Notes: generated from the sequence alone by a model not told the origin. Shown: positions 1-12,720, numbered from the whole stretch's first letter. The stretch: 63,861 nucleotides of DNA, filler included, from Rhabdomonas costata (GCA_019059605.1; 40 parts of 40 records of this genome joined end to end with filler, not necessarily neighbours in it), one strand, 5' to 3'. Program-made: numbers and translations.

Positions 1-57
1 GGGTTGGGGTTAGGATTAGGGTTAGGGTTAGGGTTAGGGTTAGGGTTAGGGTTAGGG
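1..57 (+). repeat. (TTAGGG)n telomere-type repeat tract, G-strand reading into unique sequence (interstitial orientation)
   Basis: Seven perfect TTAGGG units plus variants at the window start; opposite-orientation CCCTAAA variants at about 162-197. Confidence 0.9.
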
Positions 58-68
58 CGAGCACTCAC

Positions 69-141
69 CTGTGGGCAGCGGTGGAACTTGATAGGTTGTT
101 GACGGCAAAAAACACAACTTCGACCAAAACTCAGTTGGTCA
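69..141 (-). CDS. Internal exon encoding a probable MYND-type Zn-finger half (DQLSFGRSCVFCRQQPIKFHRCPQ)
   Basis: Acceptor cattccAG and donor GTGAGT bound a 73-nt open exon with a CxxC...RCxx pattern. It may belong to a multi-exon minus-strand gene that includes ORF 991-1497 (inference). Confidence 0.45.
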
Positions 142-1508
142 CTGGAATGACGAATTCGGAAACCCTAAACCCTAAACCATGATTACCCAACCCTAAAGCA
201 TGATTACTCTCCACGGTCGTTCATCGGGGACAACTATCGAGCTCGTAAAACGGAGGGGGACGCCTGCAATATCATTATCATCATCACGGGCAGTGTTCAA
301 TTCACGAAGACGTGCGAAAGCCTAAATGCAACAGTTACGTACAGTGTACAGTCTCGCACCAACAAAACAGTTGCTGTGAAGACAGATACGTTAATACGAA
401 CGCAGTCAAAATTCCCTCGGTGCGGGGCAAGAGCGGCACTTGAGCGAGCCATGCTCAAACAGAAACCAACATACTCAGGAAAAGTTGTGGCGATGTGCAC
501 TTTGAATGCTTTCTTCATCAGTCATCAGTCATCAAAAAGTGGAAACTGGATGAACAAAAATCAATCTACCAGGGATAATAGCATTGACAAAGAATACCTT
601 GCAGATCATGAAGGCACTTCACCAAACGGTCGGTCGCTTGGCGAACTGACCACGGAGCGATGTACAATGATCCACTCTGCGAAAGACAATGTTCCCGCCT
701 CACAGTTTGTACAAAACAGCATAATTGACTATCTTGCGACGATATGGAGCGAGCACTCTGAGACGAGTGGTGAGGATGTGAGCCATAATCCTGGAACTAC
801 CTCATCCTGCAAATCAGCTCTCCATCCATATAAATCCCACCCCAAATCTCCCGGTTGCTGATACCTTTTCCGAGACGGTGTGGCGACTATTATCATGAAT
901 TGCTTTCAATATGGTACTGAAACATACACACACATACCCAAACACGCCGAGAGGCACTGCAACATACATCACCGTGAAAAACACCATAATTCACACCTGG
1001 AGAAGGCGTGCTGACCAATGTGAACACCACATCTGTTCCTCCGCTTCATCTTCAGGCGTCAGTTGAGAACCGGAGCGACGGAGGATATCTCCGCAATGCC
1101 CAAACGGGGCCATCCACCAAGGGGTTTGACTAATTTTGTGCTCAAGGGAGGTGAAATCTCCACAGCCGCAGTCGCGGTACTGTCGCATATCAACAACCTT
1201 CAGAAAAGGTTCCTCCACGCCCATTTCAGCCAGCAGGCGTCCAACTACACTGCAAAGAGCAATCAACTCTGTCTGTGCAGAAACCGGATCATGGATACAC
1301 AGACTCTTCAAAAACCGCACAACATTTCTGAGAACCACTTCTGCGCTGTCAGGCACAAGAACCAAAGCCTCCGAGACAGTCTGAACAGCGGAATGGGTGG
1401 AGGCAGAAACCGCGGACTGGCTATGCACGTCGCAGAAGAAAAGCTTCGCACAGCTGCTCAGAACGCCGTCCTTGGGAGAGGCGGCTTGCTTGTCCAAAAA
1501 AAAACAAC

Positions 1509-1608
1509 NNNNNNNNNNNNNNNNNNNNNNNNNNNNNNNNNNNNNNNNNNNNTTAATTAATTAANNNNNNNNNNNNNNNNNNNNNNNNNNNNNNNNNNNN
1601 NNNNNNNN
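1509..1608. other. Artificial contig spacer (44N-TTAATTAATTAA-44N), first of 39, recurring about every 1.6 kb
   Basis: Identical six-frame-stop linker between contigs of near-identical length. Confidence 0.99.
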
Positions 1609-2490
1609 GGGGGTTTGGGCCATGTCCCCGGGGTACAACGTCACAGGCAGGGACTCCCCGGTCAGAGCGCTCTGGTCCACGTCGAGTTGCCCATCGTTGA
1701 TCCCGCAGTCCGCAGGAATCGCAGAGCCCGCCCCAAGCATCACCAGATCCGTGGGCACCAGAAGCGTGGCATCGATGGTCTGGAACTTCCCGTCCCGCTT
1801 CACCGTCGCAGTGGGCTTCAGAGAGGCCTTCAGCGCCGCCACCGCATTGCCCGCCTTGCACGACTCGTAGAACCCAATGCTGGCGTTCAGAAACTGGATC
1901 CCCAAAAGAATGCCCACGTCCATCCAGTCCTCGATCGCGGCCTCCACTATCACAGCTAGCCACAGCATGCACGGCATGGGCTGGTACAGCAGCCGCAGGA
2001 ACACCAGCCACTTCGGGTCGGCTTTGTCCTCCAGGCAGTTGGGGCCGTACTCCCGCAGCAGTTGCTCCGCCTCCGCCGTGGTCAGCCCCGTGGCCTTCGT
2101 GAAGGTCACCTTGTCCTCGTGGTCGGAGCCCTCGTCCTCCTCCTCCTCCGGCGCTGCCGCAGGACCGGCAGCGCCCTTGTCGGGCCGCGGGAGCGAGCGG
2201 CGGGAGGACATGCTGCGCTTGATCTCCCCGGTCAGCACCCCGTCATGCTGGCGGGACCGCACCGCGACGTCGACCCGGGACTTCGTGCGCTGGACTGGCT
2301 CCAGATCTGCAGTGGGGGTGGCATGCCCAGCCGTCCGTAAGGGAACCGTCATGGCCCGGTGGATGTCGCTCTTGCCTATCCCAAACCTGGAGGCGGGAAA
2401 GCTTGTGGTCCGCTTTCCTTTTCGGCCATCGTCCACCGCGCCCTCGTCGGAGAACCCTTCGAGGGACAGCACCCTCTCCTTTCCGGACAT
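1609..2490 (-). CDS. PMA: Plasma-membrane P-type H+-ATPase (P3A), N-terminal part, truncated by contig end
   Basis: GLTTAEAEQLLREYGPN, two TM segments, KAGNAVAALKASL, KRDGKF, IPAD, VDQSALTGESLPV (TGES actuator motif); uninterrupted ORF. Confidence 0.93.
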
Positions 2491-3262
2491 CTTGGGAGGT
2501 AATCAGCAATATATGAAAAGAGGCGCTGTGTGGCTGCACATCACACAATCAAGGGTTGAGACATAATCACGGCGATACCGGCACGACACCGTGCGCTTCC
2601 AGAACATATCGGCACGACGGTTCCTAGAAGGGGTCGGATTTCGAAGTACAATACAGGCAGTTTACCATACTGGTAGAAGAGCGGGAGAAAGAGTACCCTC
2701 TCACCGCTACACTGCCGCAACCTGTTGAAAACACCCATTGGGACCGGCTTGTCGGGAGAATTCAAGAGCTACCTTGAACCAAAAAGATCTCCTCCTCCAA
2801 TCCGCTCCCAATGTCCGTTCTATTTCCAGAATGCTTCGGAGGAAGAAAACGAATAAGGCACACCGTCTTCTTCAGAGTCACCATGCCACTGCCACGAAAA
2901 AAAACCCAGGAGGTCTGGAGGGCCACGCTGGGGCAGGCCAGGGCAAGCCCATTCGAAATCACCTCACCAGAAACCCGCAACACGCAGAGAGCACAGAAAG
3001 GCCTCACGCGTATTACTGCACAGCAGACCAAAGGCAAATGGGCCTGCCGGCTGGTGGGCAAAGAGGGGTCGCAAGGGAGGCAGAGGGGCCAATCAATCTG
3101 GCTCACACAACACCNNNNNNNNNNNNNNNNNNNNNNNNNNNNNNNNNNNNNNNNNNNNTTAATTAATTAANNNNNNNNNNNNNNNNNNNNNNNNNNNNNN
3201 NNNNNNNNNNNNNNTTGTTTTTGGAGCCAGATGACAGTGCCAATGTGGATAAACTCATCCAG

Positions 3263-4622
3263 GCGGATACGGGCTACTTCTCATGGTGCTCCTTCAGTTA
3301 CTTCTTCTTGAACTTCTCCAGCTCCTTCTGGATGAGTTTATCCACATTGGCACTGTCATCTGGCTCCAGAAACATCGAATGGAAGACCTTCACTGCCATA
3401 TGTAGCAGGTCCACCACGGATGCACTGCGTGCCAGCCGGAAGACCTTGAAGTTGTATCGCAAGCTCAGCGGGACCTGTTCATATACGAACTACATTTCCA
3501 GAAGATTTGTGAAAAGTCTCACCAGAACCCGCTGTGCCGCTGATGCCCGCGATCTAGGCAACAAGGGTGGCCAGCAGCTCGCGCCGGTTGAATGGCTCCC
3601 ACGCCACGACGACAAAACGGCTGAGCAGAGACGAGGAGTGCCGGAACCGCTTGCACGCGTAGGCCAAATCGGAGGGGTTCTGTGAGGCGAAGAGGCGGAA
3701 ATCGGGGTTACGGGGAATCCGCAGCGTGCGGTAGGGGCCGACGAGGTACCCACACTGGGCAAGGTTCCACGGTATCTCTCGCATTCCACGGTCTATCGGC
3801 AGCTCCAAGCACTGCAGCACGTGGTCGGAAACTGCGGCAAAGAAAACGCGCAAAGATGGAGAGTGAATCAAACGTTTAGGCTGAGGAGGTGAGCTGTGAG
3901 AGGGCTCAGGAATGAAGACGAGATGGAAGATCCAGCAATCTTCGCATTGCATTGTGGTGGTGGATAGGGAACAGAAGCTATCTTGCACATGGCATTGCTA
4001 ATCGACAGCATTGGTTTGATTGCGGTTTCCCATTTCCCATTTCCCGTCTTGTTCCCACTTCTTCACAAAGTAGAGAAGACAGATGGTGTGTGGTAAGGTC
4101 CCGCCAGGAGGCGGCAACACATACGAGGCGGAAAGATGGGGTGAATTTCGAGCGACTGTGTGGTTTTTGCTCATGGATCAGGAGTCAAAGCTGTCATGCT
4201 CGTGGCACTGCTGCCTTTTTGCTTTGCACAGCTTTGCTTACCCTCTTAAGTTGTCAGCAAGCCCTTGAGCGGAAATACAACAACATCCAACGGAAAAGGC
4301 TGGCGTGCATCAAGACGAGTAAAACACACAAACTACCTACAAGGGAAAACTTGTTGTGCTCCATGCGAGTAGCCGCGGGGCGGGGGAGGGAGAGTACCCA
4401 GGTTAAATTCGTCGAGGAAAATCCAGCAGCCGTGCAGGAAAGCATAAGCAAAACTTCCCAGGGTGAACACAAAGCGAGGCTCACCACCCCCCTCCACAGA
4501 GGTGCACAGCTCTAGCCGCCCCAGGAGGTCATCGATGGTGAGGTTCGCGGACATCAGGAACCGCTGCAAGGGGGCCCCGAACAGCTCCGCGGAGTAGCCT
4601 ACCAGAGCCGACTTCCCAATTC
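3263..4622 (-). pseudogene. Midasin/MoxR-like (AAA_5-type) ATPase module, two exons (4622-4398, 3831-3263), disrupted at the 3' end
   Basis: Walker A end (G)IGKS, DDLLG, Walker B WIFLDEFNL. Splicing gives VSDHVLQCLE...PDFRLFASQNP...SLLSRF, then TAG at 3554-3556, a frameshift into a VPLSLRYNFK frame, and further TAG/TAA stops. Confidence 0.65.
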
Positions 4623-4635
4623 CTACACAAGGCAA

Positions 4636-4637
<2 letters not shown>

Positions 4638-4666
<29 letters not shown>

Positions 4667-4688
4667 AAGAAGAAGAAGAAGAAGAAGA
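4638..4688 (+). repeat. (GAA)n microsatellite, reading as the (TTC)n polypyrimidine tract of the AAA gene intron
   Basis: About 17 GAA units directly upstream of the minus-strand acceptor at 4623-4624. Confidence 0.95.
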
Positions 4689-5275
4689 GCAAGAACAACA
4701 AAACCATCAGCCACCACACCNNNNNNNNNNNNNNNNNNNNNNNNNNNNNNNNNNNNNNNNNNNNTTAATTAATTAANNNNNNNNNNNNNNNNNNNNNNNN
4801 NNNNNNNNNNNNNNNNNNNNGGTGTTGGTTTAGACCAGGCTCGATCCTTCGGTGAAATGAGCGGGCCTGGTCTAAAGCAGCACTATGCAGGGTTGCATAC
4901 ATCCAACAAATGGCCCTTCCCAGGCTCCTTAAAATATGGCGATATGGTGAAGTCGAAGAACTCGAAGTCTTTCAACGGGCCAAAATAAACCCTTAGGACA
5001 CCGAATTGGGCGAAATCATGCTGCCAACGGCAGGGGGGGGGGGTGCTAATAAACTCGGAGTACCACCATCATTCTAAGGATGGGTTGGACCAACCGACCG
5101 ACCACTTAAGCCCATGTTATGCTAGTGCCAGGATTCCGGTCCGGTCGGCTTTGGTCCTGGGCATATGTTGCGAAGGTTTGAGCGGACTGGTGAGATTGGG
5201 AGGCGGGCAAGACCGGACTGGAAGACCCACTCCCCAGAATCATATGGAGCGATGCTTGCAGTATCCCGTGCGCAC

Positions 5276-5492
5276 CCCGCTTGGCGGATTTTGATGGTGT
5301 CCAGCACTCCGGCGCAGGCCAGCTGGGCCATCACCTGGCCACCGTGGAAATGCCCAGGGCTCTTGCAGCTGTGAGGCTTAATGCAGCGGATCCAGTGCGG
5401 GTTGGTGGTTCCGATGCGCTCCATCAGTGCCCGCAGAGAGGTGCGGAAGATTCCCCCCACAGTGGCCCGCCGTCTGCCCTTCGCAGAAGGCT
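5276..5492 (-). CDS. Myosin motor-domain exon
   Basis: TVGGIFRTSLRALMERIGTTNPHWIRCIKP...QLACAGVLDTIKIRQAG matches the myosin PHFIRCIKPN / QLRxxGVLExIRI motifs; AG and GT boundaries present. Confidence 0.9.
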
Positions 5493-6867
5493 CTGCGCAG
5501 TGGAAGAGCAGGGTTGGTGAACTCGTAGAAAGCGAACAAAAACGGGCAAATAAAGCAGGTAACAACCCAACAGCAAGAGAATGGTGCGTACGAATTCTGA
5601 ATTGAAGTTTTTTATGGCGACTTTCACACAGCTGGCTATTTTGGTGTGGGTCATGTTGGTTTGACCGATAAATTCAGGTTCTGTGTTTACAGTGTAACCT
5701 GCTTTAGCAAACAAGGCCAAATACAAAACTTCTCAGGCAGGTCGGATGCAGGTGCTTCGAACCAAGCAGGCAAGCGGGAAACTTCTCTAGTCGAGCCACA
5801 TCTACGCTTGAGTCAAGTAACTCAGGAGCTGCTCCCAGCACCTCCCCCTTAAATCCCCCACTTCTTCCCCGAATACTGCAACGCAGAATATACCACCTGG
5901 GCCAGCATTCACTCTTTGTGTTTATTTGACCCCAAAACACAATCCTCAAGTGAGATTTTGTTAGCACTCGGCATAATTGCAGCGGTCCTGAGATGCTTCC
6001 ATTGGACCTCGCAAGCTCTGAGATTTACCGCAAAGATTTCGTCCATCGACACAGCAACCAATCCTTTTATGACTTCAGTCAGTTCGTAACTCAGCACTTC
6101 CCACCACCTGGATGTTTCCTGGTAAATGCTTTCAGGTCTGGGGAGGGGCTCTTGAGTAACGGCAAACTGGTTTTAGGGTTCAGGGGGTTTAGGGTGAAAA
6201 TTTATTTCACACTTTTCCCAGCTTGCGTCCACGGACATACTCTTCTGCAGCGGTGCAGCGGTTGAGGAAGTTGTGGACGCAAGCTGGGAAAAGTGTGAAA
6301 TAAATTTTCACCCTAAACCCCACAACNNNNNNNNNNNNNNNNNNNNNNNNNNNNNNNNNNNNNNNNNNNNTTAATTAATTAANNNNNNNNNNNNNNNNNN
6401 NNNNNNNNNNNNNNNNNNNNNNNNNNGGTTTGTAATAGAGTGCGGTTACATGCCTGTTACCATCGATCACTTCGGGGGTTCTGTGGGTTTTGTGGGTGTT
6501 GGTGAATGCAAACTTAGCGGTGTCCGTCCGTGCTGACACCTCACGCATACAGTTGCATGCGGCCCTGCGAGCAGCGAAGTTCATTCGCACGTTTGTTGTT
6601 TCGCTGATCATGTCTCTTTTTGCGGTTTGAGGCCTTTGCTGGAGGGAAAGGGAAAGTCTGGAACCGCAACCACCGCAATGCAAAGAAGCAGCAGGGGATT
6701 CGTTCAACGTCTTTCAGCAGCATTTGAGGCAAAGGTGGGCAGGAAGGAAACGAATGAAAAAACGCCTCCCATCCAGCTGGAAAATGAGAACTCATGCAGC
6801 ACCAAAAACAAAGTGATTTAAGCCCGGAAAGCAGAGCGAGCGGAGGTTGCTTCTTGCTGTGTCGCAG

Positions 6868-7469
6868 GGCCCGGGCGACAGCAGCCTTCCCACTGCAGAG
6901 GCAGGGGAGGCTGCTGTCCCCGCGGCAGTCTCTGCGGGGAAGGTGGACGAGGGGTCTTCCGAGGAGAAGCCCGAGGAAGCCCGAGGGGGTAGCAAGAAGC
7001 GCAGCCGCAGCAAGAGCCGAAGCCGCAGCAAGAGCAGAGGTCACCGCCGAAGCCGGAGCCGAAGCCGAAGCCGTAGTCGCAGCAGGAGGTACACGGGATG
7101 TGTGTGTGATGCTTGACTTGGGACTGCATAAAGAGCGATAAAAGATGTGATATGTGGTTTCTGAGGATGGAATGGTGTGAAGCATCTAGCGTTGCTTCAG
7201 TGTGGGACGCGCGTTAGGGAAGCGTCTCGTACAAAAGTGTCATGGCGTGTGTGTGTGTGTGTGTGTGTGTGTGTTCCTTGTGCTTTTCTTTTGCTGCTGT
7301 TTTTTCTGCTCCTCTCCATCATGGATTCGGAGCATGTCCCTATTATTTTGCTTTCCTTTGCGTTTGTTTGTTTGCAGGAGCAAGGACCGCAACCGGAAGT
7401 CCCGTGACCGCGACCGCGACCGAGGAAAGCATGACCGCCTGCCCTTCCCGCCGTTCCCAATGCCCCCAG
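6868..7469 (+). CDS. RS/RD-rich protein (SR-type splicing-factor-like), exons 6868-7088 and 7378-7469
   Basis: KKRSRSKSRSRSKSRGHRRSRSRSRSRSRSR splices in frame to SKDRNRKSRDRDRDRGKHDR; the GT-AG intron contains (GT)n. Confidence 0.7.
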
Positions 7470-9850
7470 GTAACGTTTTGCTCTGTTTTGCCTGCGGTGT
7501 ATAGTTCTTGGTCGAGATGGAATTGTTTGAAAACATGAAATTTGTTTCTAATAATTTTGGGTATTGTCAAAGTGTCGCAGAGGATTTCACGAATGTGGCA
7601 CGACAAACAAATTACAAAAAACGCAATGCCACGAAGTTACAAGGGAATAGGCATGAGATGGATGGAATGGGTTTGAGGCTCAGTCGCCAAAATGACTGTC
7701 CAGGCGTGCCGCGGTTAGCGGCTGCTGGAGTTCAGGGTCTTCGCAATGAGAACAAGATGTACGGTTGATAAAAGGGGAGTATAGGGAAAGGGAGGATTGC
7801 TGACCCCCCTTGCTTAGCTCCGTGTTTTGAGGAAAACCATCATTACCGTGAAAGCCCGTTTGCAAGGGACATCACCAGTCCTTTTGCTATGCTGTAGTGC
7901 TCCCCACGACGTAAGTCTGCGCCACACACCACAAACNNNNNNNNNNNNNNNNNNNNNNNNNNNNNNNNNNNNNNNNNNNNTTAATTAATTAANNNNNNNN
8001 NNNNNNNNNNNNNNNNNNNNNNNNNNNNNNNNNNNNGTGGTGGGTGTGGGTGGGGTTGGTGGGTGGGTGTGGGTCCCATGATTCACATGGAGAAGGGAGA
8101 GTGGATGCAAATGACGATGTGGGTGTGGAGTGACCAGTGAAAACAAGTTCCCCTCATTGAATCATGCATTATAGAATTCGTTGAAGGGCATTCGTTGAAC
8201 GACAGAAATATTTAACGTTAATTGCCGGAGAGAGCAGTGCTTCCGCAAGGCTACGCTGCGTTTGTTGTTGTCCCGTGGCTGCGGCGTCTCTTTCAATGAC
8301 ACATGCACACAACACACTCGCTCAAAGGTATCTTGCCATTGGGATGCTAAGCTATTTTCTCGACCGCAAACGAAACGGCCCATTCACCACTCAAACCAGA
8401 TTTAGCAAATGAAATTTCCAAAAAAAAAATTCAGCAAATGACATTTTCCGAGAGAGGCCCTCCCGGCGCTACAATGGCAATCGTATTGTACATTTTCTCG
8501 AAAATGAAAACATCCGCCCCGGGCATGATATTAAAACTGAAAAAGCATGGGAAACTTCCCAACCACTTTTCTGCTTTTCTTCTCTTCTTTCCTCACCCAT
8601 TTCACATCCCTAGCTGGGGGTGCCGTGACAAACGGAGAGCGCAGGGCAACCCGCCTCCAACCTCCTTCCCATACATCCTGCACCCTGTTGAAGGAGTTTC
8701 TTCTGAAAAAAACCTGTAACCTTTTACATTGTGCAATGGCAAACCCGAGGCAACGATAAATGGACACAGGTGGAGGGTGAAGTTTACAGAGTCGTGCGAA
8801 AAAAGTGTGCTTCCTCTGAAGCTCTGAAGGAGCACAAACAAACAAACAGGGGACAACGTTTCCGGGTCCGCGCGTTCCATTAGGCCGTGGCTTCCACCCT
8901 TGTGCGTGGTTTTGTGCGAGACCCTCGCCAACCTGAGCCAGCCGGCCGCCTGCGGGGGCTCATGGAGGAAGGAAGGTCCCCACCCCCACTGGCATTGATA
9001 GGCTGAGTACTCACCGGGAGGCTCCGAGACCGGCGTGATTGGGCCAGCCTTTCTCTCTCGCTGGCAGGGTACATGTCTTTGCGGCCATGCTCGAAGGAGC
9101 AGTGTGGCGGGCGAGGCCCGTGGGAGGAGTGACAGACCTGCCCGGGAAAGAAGAAGCAGACGGCAGGGTGGCCGTGAAAAACGACCTGTGCGCGTCTCTG
9201 CTTTGGCCCGGAGGAGAGCGAGCATACTGTCCGCTAGGAGCTCACCGGCAGCTGTCTTTCTTTCGCTTGCAACGCGTAAATCTATCAAACGCTCGGCTCC
9301 ATCGATGTTCCCTCTTCCCTCTTCGCGGGCGCAGCAAAGAGAAGGATCACCCAACAGTATCAGCCATACAAACCTCAGCGGACAATGGCGACCCCCCCCC
9401 CCCGACACTGCCGCAGCAGAAGTCTGAAGATGCCCAAAAGCTTGCTGCATAAACTGATAGCTTTCCAAAATTCATATCTTCCATTAACAAAACTTGGGAA
9501 TCCCTGTCCTTCCTCCAGCAGCCCCCGGCATGCGGTGCGGGGNNNNNNNNNNNNNNNNNNNNNNNNNNNNNNNNNNNNNNNNNNNNTTAATTAATTAANN
9601 NNNNNNNNNNNNNNNNNNNNNNNNNNNNNNNNNNNNNNNNNNTTTATTCCACCCACCCACTCACTCACGTGGAGGGGGGGGGGACGGGGGCGGCGTCCGA
9701 GGCTTGTGAGAATCCCTGAGATCTGTGTATACGATGTGGTCTAATCGCTTGGCTCGAGAATAATCAAGACAGCAGTCGGCGTGCTTCCTATGGGTGGAGA
9801 GTAATTCGTCAGGTTTGACCCCCCCGCTTGACTTGGACGGCTGCTGGTAG

Positions 9851-10791
9851 GTGGCCTGTCCTTTTTGTGGAATTCTTTGTCCTGTTTCTCGAAGATGAGG
9901 ATGTCCGCCACCTCCAGGCCTTGGCGAAGTATGTGATAAGCGGGGAGTTCCGAGACACAATGTTCCACATCGGGCCCTCAACCTCGACGCGGCGCAGGAG
10001 CACTGTCATCTCTGGTCTGTGTGCACACAATACTTAGGGCGCTTGGGCTCTCACAATCACTCCTTCATCCTGAAAGCAGGAAATCGCACCCCCACCCACC
10101 CGCAAAATGGTTTCCTATTTCGATTTAAAGAACAGGCTTCACGATAGCAAAAAGGAATAGGAGGTGTGTTGTTTGAATGGGGCAAAGAGTTTCACTTGAG
10201 ATTGGTTTTTTTACGGACTACGGTTACGTCGAAGACCAGATATATACATGTTTTCAGTGATAGTGATTGACCAAGATCCAAAACTGCCCTATGGGAGGGG
10301 AGGGTTAACTACCCTAAATGTGTGATGTTCGGTTGCTTGGAAAGCGTTGTGTGCCTGTGTCTTTGTGAGAGATTGGGATGTGGGAAGAGGACCCCTCTCC
10401 TGTGGAGGTTCACTGTCTTTTGACGTGCAGCCCGCCTCACTCGGGAGAGAAGCCAGGGCTCTGTGGCCGAGGATATCGTGGAGGAGGCCTTTGAGCCCGA
10501 GGCCCCGGTCAGTCCTGTGCAGGATTCTGGCCCGGTGTCCTTGTTCCAGGCCCGAGTTTCGCGCCCCCCAAGGTATGCGCTGGGTGGTGGGAATTGGTGG
10601 GGGGTTGGAGGGCTTCCCCCTTTCCCCCTCGAAAGCGTTTGAAAAAGCCTTCACTCGCGACCATCCGCACGCGTCACTGCCCAAGGCCAAGACCAGAAAA
10701 GTCTAACCCCTTGTTCTGCAGACTGGCCTCCAACCCCGACCACTGGAACCCCGTTAAAGCAAGACCGTTGACCACTGATCACTGCCCCTAG
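9851..10791 (+). CDS. 3' end of an uncharacterised spliced gene (about 9851-10015, 10431-10572, 10722-10791)
   Basis: Three AG/GT-bounded exons join in phase and end at TAG; no recognised motif. Confidence 0.4.
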
Positions 10792-11457
10792 CTAGGGGAA
10801 TGGTTACCCGCCATTGTGTGTGTGTGTGTGTGTGTGCGTTTTTCAGTCTGTGTTTTTTGCTCGTGGGAGACTTTTCACCACACGAAAGTGCTCGTTGAAT
10901 GGCCCAAACCTTGCTTTGACCTCCGATAACCCAGACCACCCCTCTCCCCATCCCCTCTTCAACCACGCACACCTCCTCCTCCTCTCCTTCGTTGCCGCCC
11001 CCAAACCAGTGAACCCGCGTCCCCGGGCCAAGGTATGGTGCGGCCCGTGCGGCGCGTCCCGGGCCCAGCTCACACCGCTTTGGAGAAGCTCCACGTGGAG
11101 CCCCTCCTGCCAGGCACAGCGCTGACCCCACCCAACACACCCACCACANNNNNNNNNNNNNNNNNNNNNNNNNNNNNNNNNNNNNNNNNNNNTTAATTAA
11201 TTAANNNNNNNNNNNNNNNNNNNNNNNNNNNNNNNNNNNNNNNNNNNNGGGTGGTGGGTGGCGCTGTGGAGAGGTCTTCAGCTCAGAATCGCCCACCTAT
11301 GGGACTTGACTTGCAAGGGATCAGGTGAGGTCAATTTGCAGTGAATCTGTCACTGCGAGGGTGGCTCCTGGGAGGCATTATTTGCTGCTTTCCAGTGAAT
11401 GTTCTAAAATTTCCTGCCTTCATGTCCTGCTCCGCTGCCGCTTTTTGCTGCTGCTGC

Positions 11458-12440
11458 TCAGAGTTGGCTCGTGCTATTTTTCAGCCAATCGGAAAGGGTG
11501 ACATTTATTCTGTCGGGCAGACTTCGTGGAGCACACCGCTTTCGCAGAGCAAGGGAGGAGGCTGCCTTCTTGGCCGAGGTTGGGGCGCCATCCCAGGCCT
11601 CTGAGCGGGGCTGCAGGTCCTCGAGGGCCCAGACGTAGACCCCCCAGTCGTCGCTACCGCACCCGATGAACTCGTCGCGGTCACCAAGAAAGGATGCCAT
11701 CTTCACCGTGACCTGTAGAATGGGCGGGTGGAATCGCGTGGGGTGGTGAGCCAACGAAGAAAACGGCCGATGAAAAGCTTTTCAGCATTTTCAGGAAGCA
11801 CAGCAACAATTCCCACCATGGATTCTTGGATTCTGGACGTCCCCATCCTTCTGTCTGTCTTCATGTCAATTCATCTGTGACACTGATCCATCCGAGAGGA
11901 GGTGATTATACATCAACGCGGCGACGCGCCCTCACGGCGAGCTGCTGCCTCCACGCACTAAATGCATCGGGGCTGGATTCGGGTCTTGAGAAGGTGGAGC
12001 CAGAGAGTGCTGGGGCGCCAATGGTATCCCCTACACAGCAGGCAACCCGTGCGAATTCAACCAACTTAAACTCATGAATTCAACCGAAGCAAACCTTTGG
12101 GCTCCAAACAAACAGCACCTGTACCGGTAACTCGGGTCCCACGGGAAGGGGAACATGCATCTGATTTCGGAGGGGGGGGGGTGCTTCCCAACTCAATGTG
12201 ATTTCAGCGCGGACGTGCAGCACAGGTGCCACGCTACTAGGAAAGATCGTAACCCCGGATGAAACCTCTCCTCACATTTGGAGCGGACCTTGTTGTCATA
12301 AGTGGCGGAGTGAGCCTCGATCCACGGCATCTCCTCAGCCGTGCGGAACACCAGCGGAGGACACTTCCGCACGCTGCACACAAACGTGGAGCCGTCCCGG
12401 CTGAACTCAATCCCAGATATCTCCGCACTCATCACAAAAC
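11458..12440 (-). CDS. DCAF5: DCAF5/WDR22-like WD40 protein, exons 12440-12289 and from 11712
   Basis: Spliced FSRDGSTFVCSVRKCPPLVF...YDNK|VTVKMASFLGDRDEFIGCGSDDWGVYVW parallels the recalled DCAF5 segment RRLPPVLY...TMKSCCFAGDRDQYILSGSDDFNLYMW. Confidence 0.75.
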
Positions 12441-12654
12441 CTGTGAGGCACCCCCCCCCGCACACACAGAGCTGGGTGTGAAGGGTAAACCCTGGTACGG
12501 ATACTGTCAGGGGCATTGAAATCGGCTCGAATCCAACTTCTTGCTCTGGCGCAGTGTGCCAAAGCCCAACACAATATTTAATGGTCCACTCCTGGTCTCG
12601 CGCAGGTGTGTGGGTAAAGCAACTCGGCGCGCAAGGTAGACTGAAGTCTCATAA

Positions 12655-12690
<36 letters not shown>

Positions 12691-12720
12691 AACACACACA
12701 CACACACACACACAAACACA
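12655..12720 (+). repeat. Compound (GATA)n(CA)n microsatellite
   Basis: Directly visible. Confidence 0.95.

Noticed and set aside
1509-1608. Regularly spaced TTAATTAATTAA palindromes as a biological repeat array
   Set aside because: They are embedded in fixed N runs and are a scaffolding linker; this also invalidates gene-neighbourhood inference across contigs.
1877-2566. 229-aa plus-strand ORF and other long antisense ORFs
   Set aside because: Shadow frames of GC-rich coding sequence on the opposite strand.
3222-3368. Perfect 41-bp inverted repeat with a 65-nt loop
   Set aside because: It sits at the contig end and duplicates coding sequence exactly, as expected for an amplification fold-back chimera.
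3263-3560. TAA/TAG reassignment to Gln, suggested by stops at Gln-like positions here and in the Gypsy integrase
   Set aside because: Frameshifts co-occur with the stops; conserved exons of PMA, ERGIC3, CNOT1 and TTC5 and the transposase contain no in-frame TAR; AdoMetDC appears to end in TAG. C-to-T decay explains it.
4829-4876. 12-bp stem hairpin as a terminator or ncRNA
   Set aside because: Eukaryotic context, adjacent to the contig start, and no family features.
6184-6321. Perfect 49-bp inverted repeat, possible MITE or hairpin RNA
   Set aside because: It ends at the contig end with no TSD, the same fold-back pattern.
8602-9468. 288-aa minus-strand ORF
   Set aside because: No recognisable motif and the composition is typical of a chance GC-rich ORF.
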